From contig JBHIBG010000014.1 of NCBI GenBank assembly GCA_046758965.1, forward strand, positions 1 to 42,620: 42,620 bases of DNA. Reading direction: 5' to 3'. A model generated the notes under the pieces. It had not been told where the DNA came from, did not search any database, and saw only the letters and a list, made by a program, of their open reading frames with translations. Source of the stretch: Candidatus Methylomirabilia bacterium (GTDB taxonomy: Bacteria > Methylomirabilota > Methylomirabilia > Rokubacteriales > CSP1-6). Made by a program: the position numbers and the translations under genes. Shown one piece after another: positions 1 through 10,168 of the stretch (position 1 is the first letter of the stretch; the number at the start of each line of letters is the position of its first letter).

Positions 1-25
1 AGGTCTCGATACCCAGGACTAGCAT
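1..25 (-). CDS. tsaD: Probable tRNA threonylcarbamoyladenosine biosynthesis protein TsaD, N-terminus only (runs off window)
   Basis: Reverse complement of 1..25 reads ATG CTA GTC CTG GGT ATC GAG ACC T = MLVLGIET, the typical start of TsaD (MxVLGIETSCD). TsaB cannot be excluded from 8 residues. Confidence 0.6.
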
Positions 26-69
26 GGCTTGCTCGGCGACCTTCCGGACATTTGAGTCAACCTTTGAGT

Positions 70-167
70 GCGCGCCGCCTTGCGCCGTGCCAAGAGCCGA
101 GCCGGGCACCCATCGAAGATGGGTGGAGGACGTCGCAGGGCAGAGCCCACCGCAGGCGTACGCGCGC
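70..167. repeat. Palindromic intergenic repeat (REP/MITE-like), copy A
   Basis: Perfect hairpin CACCCATC-GAA-GATGGGTG (107..125). Shares the blocks CCGTGCC..GCCGAG and GAGCCsACCGsAGGCGTA with the 3602..3766 element. Confidence 0.6.
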
Positions 168-170
168 TGG

Positions 171-1436
<1,266 letters not shown>

Positions 1437-1469
1437 GGGAGGCGCCTCCTCACGGCGTGTGTTCCTCGG

Positions 1470-2657
1470 TTAGCCCTCTCGCTGAAGCCACTCGGCAGGG
1501 TCCTGCGGCCGTCCCTGGTGGCGCACTTCGAAGTAGAGGCGCGGACCGGCCAGGGACCCGGTCTCCCCCACCGTGCCGATGGCTTGCCCCTGCGGCACGG
1601 TGTCCCCTTCCCTCACGCGGATCTCGGCGGCATGGGCGTAAAGCGTATAGTACCCGCTGCCGTGGTCCAGGATAATCAGATTCCCGTACCCCTTGAACCA
1701 GCCCGTGTAGACCACCTTTCCGGCGTACACCGCCAGGATTTCGGTCCCCTCGCGGGCTTTGATATCGATCCCGTTCCGGAACGTTTTCGTCCCGAAACGC
1801 GGGTGCACCCGCGGGCCAAAGGCCGCCACGATCGACCCCTCGGCCGGCCAGGGCAGCTTCCCCCGAAGGCTCCCAAACCCTTGCTCGGCGCCCGGAGCCA
1901 CGCGGAGCTTGGCGAGCCGCTTCTCCCTCGCCTGGAGCTCTTGGACCAGCGCCTTCAGCTGCCCTGCCGCCTCCGAGAGCTCGCTCACGAGCCGCTCGTG
2001 ATAGGCGCGCTGGTCCCGGACCTTGGCCAGAAGGCGACGGCGCCGAGCCGCTGTGCGGTCTACCTTGGCCTGTTCTTTCGCCACTCGAGCCCGGAGGGCC
2101 GAAAGCTCCCGCTTCCGCTTCTCGACGCGATCCCTCCGGTCGGCGAAAGTCGCTCCAACTACACGATACTCCTGAACGAGCCGCGCGTCTACAGCCGCCA
2201 GCGTGGCGAGATGCCGGAGCTGGACCGCGCGGGCCACCGGATCTTCACCGGCGAGGACCAGCGGCAGCACTCCCCCCTGGGCCTCAAGCTTGTAGAGGGC
2301 CTGGAGCCAGCGGGCAAGAGCCTTCTGCCGCCCGGTCTGGCGCTGCTCCAGCAGCCCGATCTCTCTTTGAAGGTTGGCCACTTCCCTCGCGGCCTTCCTG
2401 AACCGGCCATCCAGCCGCACTCGCTCCCGCTTCTTTCTCGCCAGCTCCCGGTCGATACCCTCCAGCCGTGCCAGCAGAGAAGCCTCGCGGCGCTTGGCGT
2501 AAGCCGCTTTGGCTTTCTGCATCTCGAGCTGCTTCCGAGTCTGGCTGAGTGCCTGCTCCTTCTGCCGGAGCCGGGCCTGCTCCGGCTTCCCGGCCGACGC
2601 TGGCATCCCCAGCAGCGCGACAATCAAGGTTCCGGCAACGAGGGAAGACACCCGCAC
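1470..2657 (-). CDS. envC: Murein hydrolase activator EnvC (coiled coil + M23 domain)
   Basis: Signal peptide, long coiled coil, C-terminal M23 domain (LPWP, NGIDI, GYGNLIILDHG, LYFEVR); follows ftsEX. Confidence 0.9.
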   Translation of the reverse strand: MRVSSLVAGTLIVALLGMPASAGKPEQARLRQKEQALSQTRKQLEMQKAKAAYAKRREASLLARLEGIDRELARKKRERVRLDGRFRKAAREVANLQREIGLLEQRQTGRQKALARWLQALYKLEAQGGVLPLVLAGEDPVARAVQLRHLATLAAVDARLVQEYRVVGATFADRRDRVEKRKRELSALRARVAKEQAKVDRTAARRRRLLAKVRDQRAYHERLVSELSEAAGQLKALVQELQAREKRLAKLRVAPGAEQGFGSLRGKLPWPAEGSIVAAFGPRVHPRFGTKTFRNGIDIKAREGTEILAVYAGKVVYTGWFKGYGNLIILDHGSGYYTLYAHAAEIRVREGDTVPQGQAIGTVGETGSLAGPRLYFEVRHQGRPQDPAEWLQREG

Positions 2658-2658
2658 C

Positions 2659-3534
2659 TCAGGCCCGTCCTTTAGCCAGGAGCCCGCCCAACGCCCCGAG
2701 GAGGGCGCCGCCCCCGACCAGGAGCGTAATCTCGGGCGGAGAGAGGAACGTCGCTCGTGTGAGCCCCAGGGTCAACGTGAGGAGCGGTTCGAGATGGGGC
2801 CGCGTCTGGCTGTATGCCAGCCAGAGAAGGCCCAGGGCCAGCGAGCCGCCCACGAGCCCCTGGAAGAGCCCCTGGAGGAGGAACCGGACTCTGAGCACGC
2901 CCTCGGAGGCGCCCACCAGCCGCATGATTTCCAGCTCCTGGCGCCGGGCGTGGAGCACCAGCGTTGTCGCCGTGGTCACCGTCAGGATCGCCGCCAGGGC
3001 CAACATCCCTCCCACACCGAGGCCGACGGCGCCCACGAGCCGCTGCCACTCGGCGAGCCGCTCGACCCACTCGGTCCCGCCCTGCACTTCCTCCACCTCC
3101 GGAAACCCCGCCAGGCGCTCGATCAGCTCCCGCGTTCCCGCCGGCGTAGCCCCCCCGGCAGCCGGCATCACTTCCACCGAGGCTGGCAGGGGATTCGCGG
3201 GAAGGGCCTCTACGACTCCCGCCTGGTCGCCCAGTGATCGCCTGAGCCTCGCCAGGGCTGCTTCCTTGGACACATACTGCAGGCGCCCGATTCCGCCTAC
3301 CGTCTTGATCCGCCGGAGAAACTCTGCTCTCTCCTGTGGAGGGATCTCCTCCCTCAGGTAGGCCACCACGCGGACGCGCTCCCGCCACTGGGTGACGGCC
3401 TGACCCAGGTTCACGGAGAGCACCCGGAAGGCGCCGAGCGCGACTAACGAGAGCGCGATCAGGACCGCCGCGCTGAGGCCGATCCATCCGGCCCGACGGA
3501 GGTCGCGGACAGCCTCCCCGATCACAAACCCCAT
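2659..3534 (-). CDS. ftsX: Cell division permease FtsX
   Basis: Four hydrophobic segments; YVSKEAAL, NPLPAS and ELEIMRLVGAS motifs. ATG at 3534 chosen over GTG at 3543. Confidence 0.92.
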   Translation of the reverse strand: MGFVIGEAVRDLRRAGWIGLSAAVLIALSLVALGAFRVLSVNLGQAVTQWRERVRVVAYLREEIPPQERAEFLRRIKTVGGIGRLQYVSKEAALARLRRSLGDQAGVVEALPANPLPASVEVMPAAGGATPAGTRELIERLAGFPEVEEVQGGTEWVERLAEWQRLVGAVGLGVGGMLALAAILTVTTATTLVLHARRQELEIMRLVGASEGVLRVRFLLQGLFQGLVGGSLALGLLWLAYSQTRPHLEPLLTLTLGLTRATFLSPPEITLLVGGGALLGALGGLLAKGRA

Positions 3535-3601
3535 ACCCGGCACCCGCTGGCCTGTCCGCCCAACCTTTGCACGTTCGTGTCACATGCTAATAGGACACCA
3601 C

Positions 3602-3766
3602 CCGTGCCGGGCCGAGAACCAGGGAGATCAAGGACGCAGCGAGGAGCCGACCGGAGGCGTAACCCCCGTACGTTGACGATCGGCGACGACCGCCAGATGA
3701 CCAATGGCCGAAGGCCATCCCTGGCGGGCACCCACGAAGTGGGTCGTGCGACGGGTATCGGCACGG
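3602..3766. repeat. Structured palindromic element between ftsE and ftsX, copy B
   Basis: Terminal inverted repeat CCGTGCCG (3602)/CGGCACGG (3759..3766). Internal hairpins ATGGCC-GAA-GGCCAT and ACCCAC-GAA-GTGGGT; CCGCCAG/CTGGCGG pairing. Confidence 0.65.
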
Positions 3767-3768
3767 CG

Positions 3769-4440
3769 CTAGCCCTCGTCCTTCAGCAGGCGACCGCCCT
3801 CGAGGACGAGCGTACGCCGCCTGAGCTCCGCAACCAGAGTCGCGCGATTCGTGGCGAGAAGAACGGTCGTTCCGCGACGCCAGATCTCGAGGAGCAGACC
3901 GAGAATGTCGCGGGCCATCTCCTCGTCCAGGTTCCCGGTCGGCTCGTCAGCCAGGAGCAGCACGGGGTTCTTCACCAGGGCATGGGCGACAGCCACCCGC
4001 TGCTGTTCTCCCAGCGACAGCTGGGCGGGGAGCGCCCGGGCCCGAGCGGAGAGCCCGACCGCCGTCAGCACCTGGAACACACGCGTCGTGATCTCCCGCC
4101 GCGGCGTTCCCAGCACCCGGAGAACGAAGGCGAGGTTGTCGTACACGGTTCTCCCGGGCAAGAGCTTGGCCTCCTGAAAGACCATCCCGACCCTGCGGCG
4201 GAGCAAAGGGATCCTCGAGCGCCGGAGCCGCGGCACGGCGAAGCCGGCCACCTCGATCTCACCTTCGGAGGGAAGCTCATCCCGGTAGAGGAGGCGGAGC
4301 AGCGTGGTCTTCCCCGCGCCGGTCGGACCCGCGAGCACGGCGAACTCACCCTTGTCTACACGGAAGGAGACGCCGCCGAGCGCCGGAACGTGAATCTGCC
4401 CCAGCCGGTACACCTTCCAAACGTCGCGAAGCTCAATCAT
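3769..4440 (-). CDS. ftsE: Cell division ATP-binding protein FtsE
   Basis: Walker A GPTGAGKT, LSxGEQQRVA, LLADEPTGNLD and IPLLRRRVGMVFQ motifs; upstream of ftsX. Confidence 0.93.
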   Translation of the reverse strand: MIELRDVWKVYRLGQIHVPALGGVSFRVDKGEFAVLAGPTGAGKTTLLRLLYRDELPSEGEIEVAGFAVPRLRRSRIPLLRRRVGMVFQEAKLLPGRTVYDNLAFVLRVLGTPRREITTRVFQVLTAVGLSARARALPAQLSLGEQQRVAVAHALVKNPVLLLADEPTGNLDEEMARDILGLLLEIWRRGTTVLLATNRATLVAELRRRTLVLEGGRLLKDEG

Positions 4441-4454
4441 GAATCGTATTTGGC

Positions 4455-4484
4455 ATTATACGACGCGGGGTTAGAGCTAAACAA
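4455..4484 (-). promoter_or_regulatory. Putative sigma70 promoter of the ftsEX-envC-ctpA operon
   Basis: Minus strand TTGTTT-N18-TATAAT; perfect -10 hexamer at 4455..4460, 14 nt upstream of the ftsE ATG. Confidence 0.55.
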
Positions 4485-4520
4485 ACTATATTGGGGAGCA
4501 GGGCCCGGCGAGGCCCGAGC

Positions 4521-5975
4521 TCAGGGCTGTTTGGGGAGGCGTTCAATCAGGAGCTGATTGACGAGCCCGGGGTTGGCGCGCCCCTGGGTAGCCTTCATCA
4601 CCTGCCCCACGAGGAAGCCGAGACTCTGTTTCTTGCCCTTCTCCCAATCCTCCACCGCTCGAGGGTGCGAAGCGATCACCTGCGCCACGATCCCGGCAAG
4701 CGCTCCGGTGTCAACGACCTGGGTGAGCCCCTCGCGCTTGACGATCTCCTCCGGCGCCTCGCCGGAGCGGAACATCTTTTCGAACACCTCCTTGGCGATC
4801 TTGCCGCTGATGGTGCCGTCCTCGATGAGCGAGAGCAGCCGGGCCAGACCCGGAGGCGGGATTGGGCAGGCCTCGATGGCGGCCTCGTCGTCCCCGGGGA
4901 GCTCGCGGAGCAGCTCGGACATGACCCAGTTGGCGACCACCTTGGGCTGGGGGTACTCGGCCACCGCCCGTTCGTAGTAGTCAGCCAGCGCACGGTTCTG
5001 GCAGAGCAGCTCGGCGTCTTGGGCCGGCAGGCCGTATTGGCTGGCGAAGCGCTCCCGGCGCTCCACCGGCAGCTCCGGAAGGGTCGCCTGAAGAGCGTCC
5101 ACCCAGCTCGGCTCGATCTGGAGCGGAACCAGGTCGGGTTCGGGGAAGTAGCGATAGTCGTGAGCATACTCCTTCGACCGCATGGAGCGCGTGCAACCCT
5201 GGCTTTGATCCCAAAGCCGCGTCTCCTGAACGATCCGCTCGCCGGCCGCGAGGGCGCGCGCCTGGCGCTTCGCTTCGAACTCCAAGGCGTGTTGGACATG
5301 CCTGAAGGAGTTCATGTTCTTGATCTCGACTTTGGTGCCGTACTCGCGCGAGCCGCTCGGGCGGAGGGAGATGTTCGCGTCGCAGCGGAGCGAGCCTTCC
5401 TCCATGTTTCCGGTGGAGACCCGGAGATAGACGAGAATGTCCCGGAGCGCCCGGAGGTAGGCGGCGGCCTCCACCGGGGAGCGAAGGTCCGGCCTGGAGA
5501 CGATCTCCATCAGCGGCACCCCGCTCCGGTTGAAGTCCACGAGGCTGAAGCTCGCGGTCTCGAAGACCGACCCCTCGTGAAGGAGCTTCCCGACGTCCTC
5601 CTCCATGTGGAGGCGCTCGATCCCGACCCTGAGCCGTGCCCCGTCCACGGAAAGCTCGAGCCGGCCATCCGAGGCCAGGGGCTCCTCGTACTGACTGATC
5701 TGGTAGTTCTTGGGCATGTCCGGATAGAAGTAGTGCTTCCGGGCGAAGCGGCAGGCGGGGTTGACCCGGCAGTGGAGTGCCCGCGCCGTCTGGATGGCGA
5801 ACTCTATCGCCCGCCGGTTGATCACGGGCAGCACGCCGGGCATCCCCTGGCAGACCGGGCAGGTCTGGGTGTTCGGCGGGGCGCCGAAGGCTGCCGAGCA
5901 GCCGCAGAAGAGCTTGGAGCGGGTCGAGAGCTGGACGTGCGCCTCGAGCCCGATGATCACCTCGTAGTCACTCAC
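4521..5975 (-). CDS. gatB: Asp/Glu-tRNA amidotransferase subunit B
   Basis: IGLEAHVQL, RKHYFYPDMPKNYQISQ, HMEEDVGK, DFNRSGVPLMEIV and DYRYFPEPDL motifs. Confidence 0.98.
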   Translation of the reverse strand: MSDYEVIIGLEAHVQLSTRSKLFCGCSAAFGAPPNTQTCPVCQGMPGVLPVINRRAIEFAIQTARALHCRVNPACRFARKHYFYPDMPKNYQISQYEEPLASDGRLELSVDGARLRVGIERLHMEEDVGKLLHEGSVFETASFSLVDFNRSGVPLMEIVSRPDLRSPVEAAAYLRALRDILVYLRVSTGNMEEGSLRCDANISLRPSGSREYGTKVEIKNMNSFRHVQHALEFEAKRQARALAAGERIVQETRLWDQSQGCTRSMRSKEYAHDYRYFPEPDLVPLQIEPSWVDALQATLPELPVERRERFASQYGLPAQDAELLCQNRALADYYERAVAEYPQPKVVANWVMSELLRELPGDDEAAIEACPIPPPGLARLLSLIEDGTISGKIAKEVFEKMFRSGEAPEEIVKREGLTQVVDTGALAGIVAQVIASHPRAVEDWEKGKKQSLGFLVGQVMKATQGRANPGLVNQLLIERLPKQP

Positions 5976-6376
5976 TTCGTCCCGCCCATCTTTTCTCGAA
6001 TCTCGGCGACCATCGCCTTCGCATCCCGTAGCGCCCCGTGGGCATCCTCCTGCGTCGGCTCACCACTTGGCAAGAGCCCCGGCAGCGCATCGACATATCG
6101 GGTCGGAATGTAGAAGAGATCCAGATCCTGGCATTGGGTCCGCCACGTCCGGAGCTCCTCACGGACCCTGCCATCGTAGAGCAGTAACTGCTCCAAGGAG
6201 TGGCTCTTGGGATGTGTTCCCAACCTTGCGTCCAGAAGCCCGTTCAGCGCCTTCTCAACGGCCTGCTGCGAATGGAAGCAAGCTTGTCGAACGATGCGCC
6301 GGGACAATGCAAACTCGGCCATCACGAGGTCCTCATCGGCCAGCTCCAACCAGCGCGCGGGCTCCGACCTGGTCAA
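5972..6376 (-). CDS. HEPN domain protein (MNT-associated type)
   Basis: WLELADEDL, ACFHSQQAVEKAL, PKSHSL and YIPTRY motifs. Start overlaps the upstream MNT stop; stop overlaps the gatB start. Confidence 0.88.
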   Translation of the reverse strand: MTRSEPARWLELADEDLVMAEFALSRRIVRQACFHSQQAVEKALNGLLDARLGTHPKSHSLEQLLLYDGRVREELRTWRTQCQDLDLFYIPTRYVDALPGLLPSGEPTQEDAHGALRDAKAMVAEIREKMGGTK

Positions 6377-7563
6377 GGAAAAAGCACCAGCCCCTGCTTG
6401 AGAATCTCATCCCTGACGAAGAAACTCCCTTCCTGCTCCGCGCGCCGAAACTCTTCAGGGGTGTAGACGAGCACGTTCACACCGACTTGAGGCCGGATGA
6501 GCCCCATCACTTCCTGGATGCGTTCCAAGCACTGCAACGAACTGGATTTCACAATGACCAGATCGATGTCGCTCCACTCGTGGATTGCATCCGCCCGCTC
6601 GGCCCCACCCGGGCGAACGCCGTACTCGTTGACAAGTGAGCCGAACAGGATCACGCGCTCGGGATGATACTCCTCCACCACGATCTTTTTGATTCTGTCC
6701 AGCTCCCTCAACAGAATGGCCCGCCTGTCGAACACACCCTGGAGCACCTCCCGGGTTTCCGGAGGGAGCGGGCGAGCCGCCAGAGGGTTTGTGAACAAAC
6801 GGCTATGGACCCTCACATCGTGAAAGTGCGGAACCAGCTTCATCCACACGAGAGCACTTAGACGAGACGCGCCACCCAGATAATCGGGAACGTCGAAAAG
6901 CCCGTTGGGAACCTTCGCATGCCGCGGCTCTTCTCCCGACTTCACTTCAATAATCACATCCCCGCAGAGCGCCCGCTCCATATGCTCTGAGCGGCCGCCT
7001 GGCGCCCCGACAACCAGGACGGTCGACTCTCCGGAAGGGAGCTGGGAAATCTCGTCTGAAATCCGGTCTCTCAAACCCTTCGACGCCGGAGTTTCGCGAA
7101 TGCGCGGGTTATCTCCCTTGCTCGTTGGATCAAACGATTTCTCAACCGTGGCCCGACCATAGACATTCCCGTCGTAAGCAGGCGGGAACTTATCGGTGCG
7201 GGTCGTTACCTCGATGAACCCTTCCTCACCACGTATCGTGCACTTTAGGTCACAGCGGCCTGCGCCAATCTTCGGTGCAAGCTCCAACTTGTCTGCGAAA
7301 GGGGCCAGCATGGCGGCCACTCTGATCTCGTACATAGCGGGAACAAACTGCCCGGGATTTTGCAGCAGGTCGCGGTAGGCACGCGTGATATCCGCCCACG
7401 CCACATGGCGGGCCAAAAGCCCAAGATCCCGCTCCACCTGCCACAGCGCAACCATGCCGAGCCGCTCAAACTCGTGGCTCCGTGCACGAAGCTCGCGATG
7501 GCCCAGGAGTTGGGTCAGACGAGGGAGGTGATCTGAAATCAAAGAAGTCAACGCATTATGCAT
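6373..7563 (-). CDS. Fusion protein: uncharacterised (putative PD-(D/E)XK-like) N-terminal domain + C-terminal minimal nucleotidyltransferase (MNT)
   Basis: C-terminal ~115 aa carry ILFGS...SDIDLVIV...VLVYTPEE (MNT). The N-terminal part has a YE..V...RCDL...FIEVT pattern and [12 protein letters not shown] at 7563 overlaps the gatA stop (ATGCATAA). Confidence 0.8.
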   Translation of the reverse strand: MHNALTSLISDHLPRLTQLLGHRELRARSHEFERLGMVALWQVERDLGLLARHVAWADITRAYRDLLQNPGQFVPAMYEIRVAAMLAPFADKLELAPKIGAGRCDLKCTIRGEEGFIEVTTRTDKFPPAYDGNVYGRATVEKSFDPTSKGDNPRIRETPASKGLRDRISDEISQLPSGESTVLVVGAPGGRSEHMERALCGDVIIEVKSGEEPRHAKVPNGLFDVPDYLGGASRLSALVWMKLVPHFHDVRVHSRLFTNPLAARPLPPETREVLQGVFDRRAILLRELDRIKKIVVEEYHPERVILFGSLVNEYGVRPGGAERADAIHEWSDIDLVIVKSSSLQCLERIQEVMGLIRPQVGVNVLVYTPEEFRRAEQEGSFFVRDEILKQGLVLFP

Positions 7564-9037
7564 CGCCGAGTGCAGGTTTCCTTCTATGCCAGGGCGTCGC
7601 CTGCTCGTAGGCATAGGCGGCCCGGAGGAGGGTGGCCTCGTCGTAAGGCTTGCCGATGAGCTGGAGCCCGATGGGAAGCGCGTCGAGGGTGAACCCGCAG
7701 GGGAGCGACAGCCCCGGCAGCCCGGCCAGGTTCACCGGGATCGTAAAGATGTCGCAGAGATACATCTGGAGCGGGTCCTCCTTCTCTCCCAGCTTGAATG
7801 GGACATTGGGGGCCGTGGGGCAAACGATCAGATCCACCTGCTCGAAGGCCCGGTGGAAGTCCCGGCGGACCAAGGTCCGAACCCGCTGGGCCTTACCGTA
7901 GTAGGCCTCGTAGTAGCCGGCAGAGAGCGCGTAGGTCCCCAGCATGATCCGTCGCTTGACCTCGGCCCCGAAGCCCTCGGCGCGCGTCTTGCCGTACATC
8001 TGGATCAAGTCCCTGCCGCCGAGGGCTCGCAAGCCGTACTTGACGGCGTCGTAGCGAGCCAGGTTGGAGGAGGCCTCCGCCGGAGCGATCAGGTAGTAGG
8101 CGGCCAGGGCGTACTCGGTGGTGGGGAGGGAGATTTGCTCAACTCGGGCGCCGAGCCGCTTCAGGACCTCGACCGCCTCCCGCACCGCCCGCTCGACTTC
8201 GGGGTCCATCCCCTCGAGGAAGTACTCTCCCGGGAGCCCGAGCCTAAGGCCGGCGATCCCTTGCGCCAGGAGCGCGCCATAGTCCGGCACGGGGAGATCC
8301 GCGGAGGTAGAGTCCTGGGGGTCGTGGCCGGCGATCACCTGGAGCAGGAGCGCTGCGTCCCGCACATCTTTGGTGAGCGGCCCGATCTGGTCCAGGGTGG
8401 AGGCGAAGGCCACCAGCCCGTAGCGGGAGACGCGACCGTAGGTCGGTTTCATGCCGACTGTCCCGCAGAACGCCGCAGGCTGGCGGATGGAGCCTCCGGT
8501 GTCGGTGCCGAGGGCGCCGGCGGCAAGCTGAGCCGCCACGGCGGCCGCCGACCCTCCCGAGGAGCCGCCCGGAACGCGGTCCAGGTCCCACGGGTTGCGC
8601 GTGGGGAAGAAGGCCGAGTGCTCCGTGGACGAGCCCATGGCAAACTCGTCCATGTTCGTCTTGCCCAGCAGGACCGCCCCTGCCGCGCCGAGCCGTTCGA
8701 TCACCGTGGCGTCGTAGGGCGGGACGAAGCCTTCGAGAATCTTTGACCCGCAGGTCGTTCGGAGACCCTTGGCGCAGATCACGTCCTTGATCGCGAGCGG
8801 GATGCCGTCGAGGGGACCGACAGGGTGGCCAGCCTTCCATCGCCGCGAGGCAGCCTCAGCATGCGCCAGGGCCTGCTCGCGGGCGACACTCACGTAGGCG
8901 CGGACCTTGGGATCCAGCGCCTCGATCCGCCGGAGGTAGGCCTCGACCGCCTGGGCGGGGCTCGCCTCTCCACTCCGGTACTCGGCCGTCAGCTCGTGGA
9001 TCGCCGGCGCCGTCAGCTCCACGCCACTCCCACTCAA
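7556..9037 (-). CDS. gatA: Asp/Glu-tRNA amidotransferase subunit A
   Basis: Amidase signature [33 protein letters not shown]; also [11 protein letters not shown]. Confidence 0.98.
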   Translation of the reverse strand: MSGSGVELTAPAIHELTAEYRSGEASPAQAVEAYLRRIEALDPKVRAYVSVAREQALAHAEAASRRWKAGHPVGPLDGIPLAIKDVICAKGLRTTCGSKILEGFVPPYDATVIERLGAAGAVLLGKTNMDEFAMGSSTEHSAFFPTRNPWDLDRVPGGSSGGSAAAVAAQLAAGALGTDTGGSIRQPAAFCGTVGMKPTYGRVSRYGLVAFASTLDQIGPLTKDVRDAALLLQVIAGHDPQDSTSADLPVPDYGALLAQGIAGLRLGLPGEYFLEGMDPEVERAVREAVEVLKRLGARVEQISLPTTEYALAAYYLIAPAEASSNLARYDAVKYGLRALGGRDLIQMYGKTRAEGFGAEVKRRIMLGTYALSAGYYEAYYGKAQRVRTLVRRDFHRAFEQVDLIVCPTAPNVPFKLGEKEDPLQMYLCDIFTIPVNLAGLPGLSLPCGFTLDALPIGLQLIGKPYDEATLLRAAYAYEQATPWHRRKPALGDA

Positions 9038-9049
9038 CTCCGGCGCCCC

Positions 9050-9349
9050 TCACTCCTCGATGATCTTGGGGACCCGGAAGAAATCCCCGTCCCGTTCGGG
9101 CGCATTCGCCAGCATCGCCTCCCTCGGCAAGCACGGGCGCACCGCATCGTCCCGCATCACGTTGGTCATCGGAATCACATGCGCGGTCGGCTCCACGTCG
9201 GTCGTGTCGAGTTCCCGGAGCTTGTCGATGTAGGTGAGAATGGCATCGAGCTGGGAGCGCATCCGCTCCTTCTCCTCGGGGGAAAGCTCCAGGCGCGCCA
9301 GCCGGGCCACATGCTCAACCTCGGCGATGGTAATCTTCGGCTCGGGCAT
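9050..9349 (-). CDS. gatC: Asp/Glu-tRNA amidotransferase subunit C
   Basis: VEHVARLARLEL...LDTTDVEPT...NAPE...FFRVPKII; ATG at 9349 within the longer ORF-track call. Confidence 0.95.
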   Translation of the reverse strand: MPEPKITIAEVEHVARLARLELSPEEKERMRSQLDAILTYIDKLRELDTTDVEPTAHVIPMTNVMRDDAVRPCLPREAMLANAPERDGDFFRVPKIIEE

Positions 9350-9354
9350 GGCGC

Positions 9355-9906
9355 CTACCGGATCAGGGCGTCGGTCGTGGTCACCTCGGCCAGAAAGCCG
9401 TTCAGGCTGGCCAGGTGGGTCCGGTGGACCTGGTCGTGCGGGATCACGCCGCCGTCCAGCGCCTTGAGGTCCATGGCCGCGGTGGCGTCGGCCAGGAAGA
9501 GCACCTTGAACCCTCGGTGAGCCGCCTCCCGCGTCGTCGTATCGCAGCACATCTGGGTCATGAACCCGGACACGATCACCTGCTCGATCCCCAGCTTCCG
9601 GAGATGCTCCTCCAGCGGGGTGTTGGTGAACGCCCCCGCCAGGTGCTTCTGGATGACAGTCTCCTCCGGCTCGGGCGCCACCGCCGGATGGATCTCCAGC
9701 GCCGGGCTTCCCGGGGCGAAGGTGGTGGCGTTGGGGCGCCGGCTCTCGTGCCTGATGTGGACCACGGAGACCCCGTTGGCCCGCGCCCATTGTAGAGCTT
9801 TGGCGATCTGCCCGACCGCCGCCTCGCCATTCGGCAGCACCATCTTACCAATCGGCGCGAAGTACTCCTGCTGGGCATCGATGATGAGCAGCGCGCTCTT
9901 GTCCAT
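9355..9906 (-). CDS. Isochorismatase-family cysteine hydrolase
   Basis: ALLIIDAQ, VIQKH..GAF and GFMTQMCCDTT (D-K-C triad pattern); GAGGAGG SD upstream of ATG 9906. Confidence 0.9.
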   Translation of the reverse strand: MDKSALLIIDAQQEYFAPIGKMVLPNGEAAVGQIAKALQWARANGVSVVHIRHESRRPNATTFAPGSPALEIHPAVAPEPEETVIQKHLAGAFTNTPLEEHLRKLGIEQVIVSGFMTQMCCDTTTREAAHRGFKVLFLADATAAMDLKALDGGVIPHDQVHRTHLASLNGFLAEVTTTDALIR

Positions 9907-9928
9907 GGCTCTCTTACCTCCTCGCATT

Positions 9929-10164
9929 CCATGCGCCGGGGCGCCCTCCCTCAGCTCAGGCCTCCTCGCCTCGACGGGCCCACCCACGCCTTCGGCGCGG
10001 GTACCCGGCTCGGACGCCTCCGCTGGCCCCCCCATCCCCCCGAGGCGGGGGCTTGTCCTCGCCCGCCCAACGCTGTCGGGCGGCTCGGGGCGCTGCGGCG
10101 TCCTGCGCCTCGCGGCCCGCTACGGCTTGTCGGATTCGCTCGGGAGGGCATCCCCGGCGCATGG
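9929..10164. mobile_element. MITE/REP-like element with ~22-bp imperfect terminal inverted repeats, copy C
   Basis: CCATGCGCCGGGGCGCCCTCCC (9929..9950) versus GGGAGGGCATCCCCGGCGCATGG (10142..10164). Internal minus-strand CCGAGCCGGGTACCCGCGCC-GAA-GGCGTGGGTGG resembles copy A. Confidence 0.6.
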
Positions 10165-10168
10165 CTCG

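Noticed and set aside
3602..3766. Possible 6S RNA, SRP RNA or tmRNA
   Set aside because: No recognisable conserved motifs of these RNAs; sequence modules are shared with other intergenic repeats in the window.
9037..9052. gatC UGA stop in frame with gatA (possible readthrough fusion)
   Set aside because: No evident SECIS-like hairpin or biological rationale; used as a control showing such junctions arise by chance.
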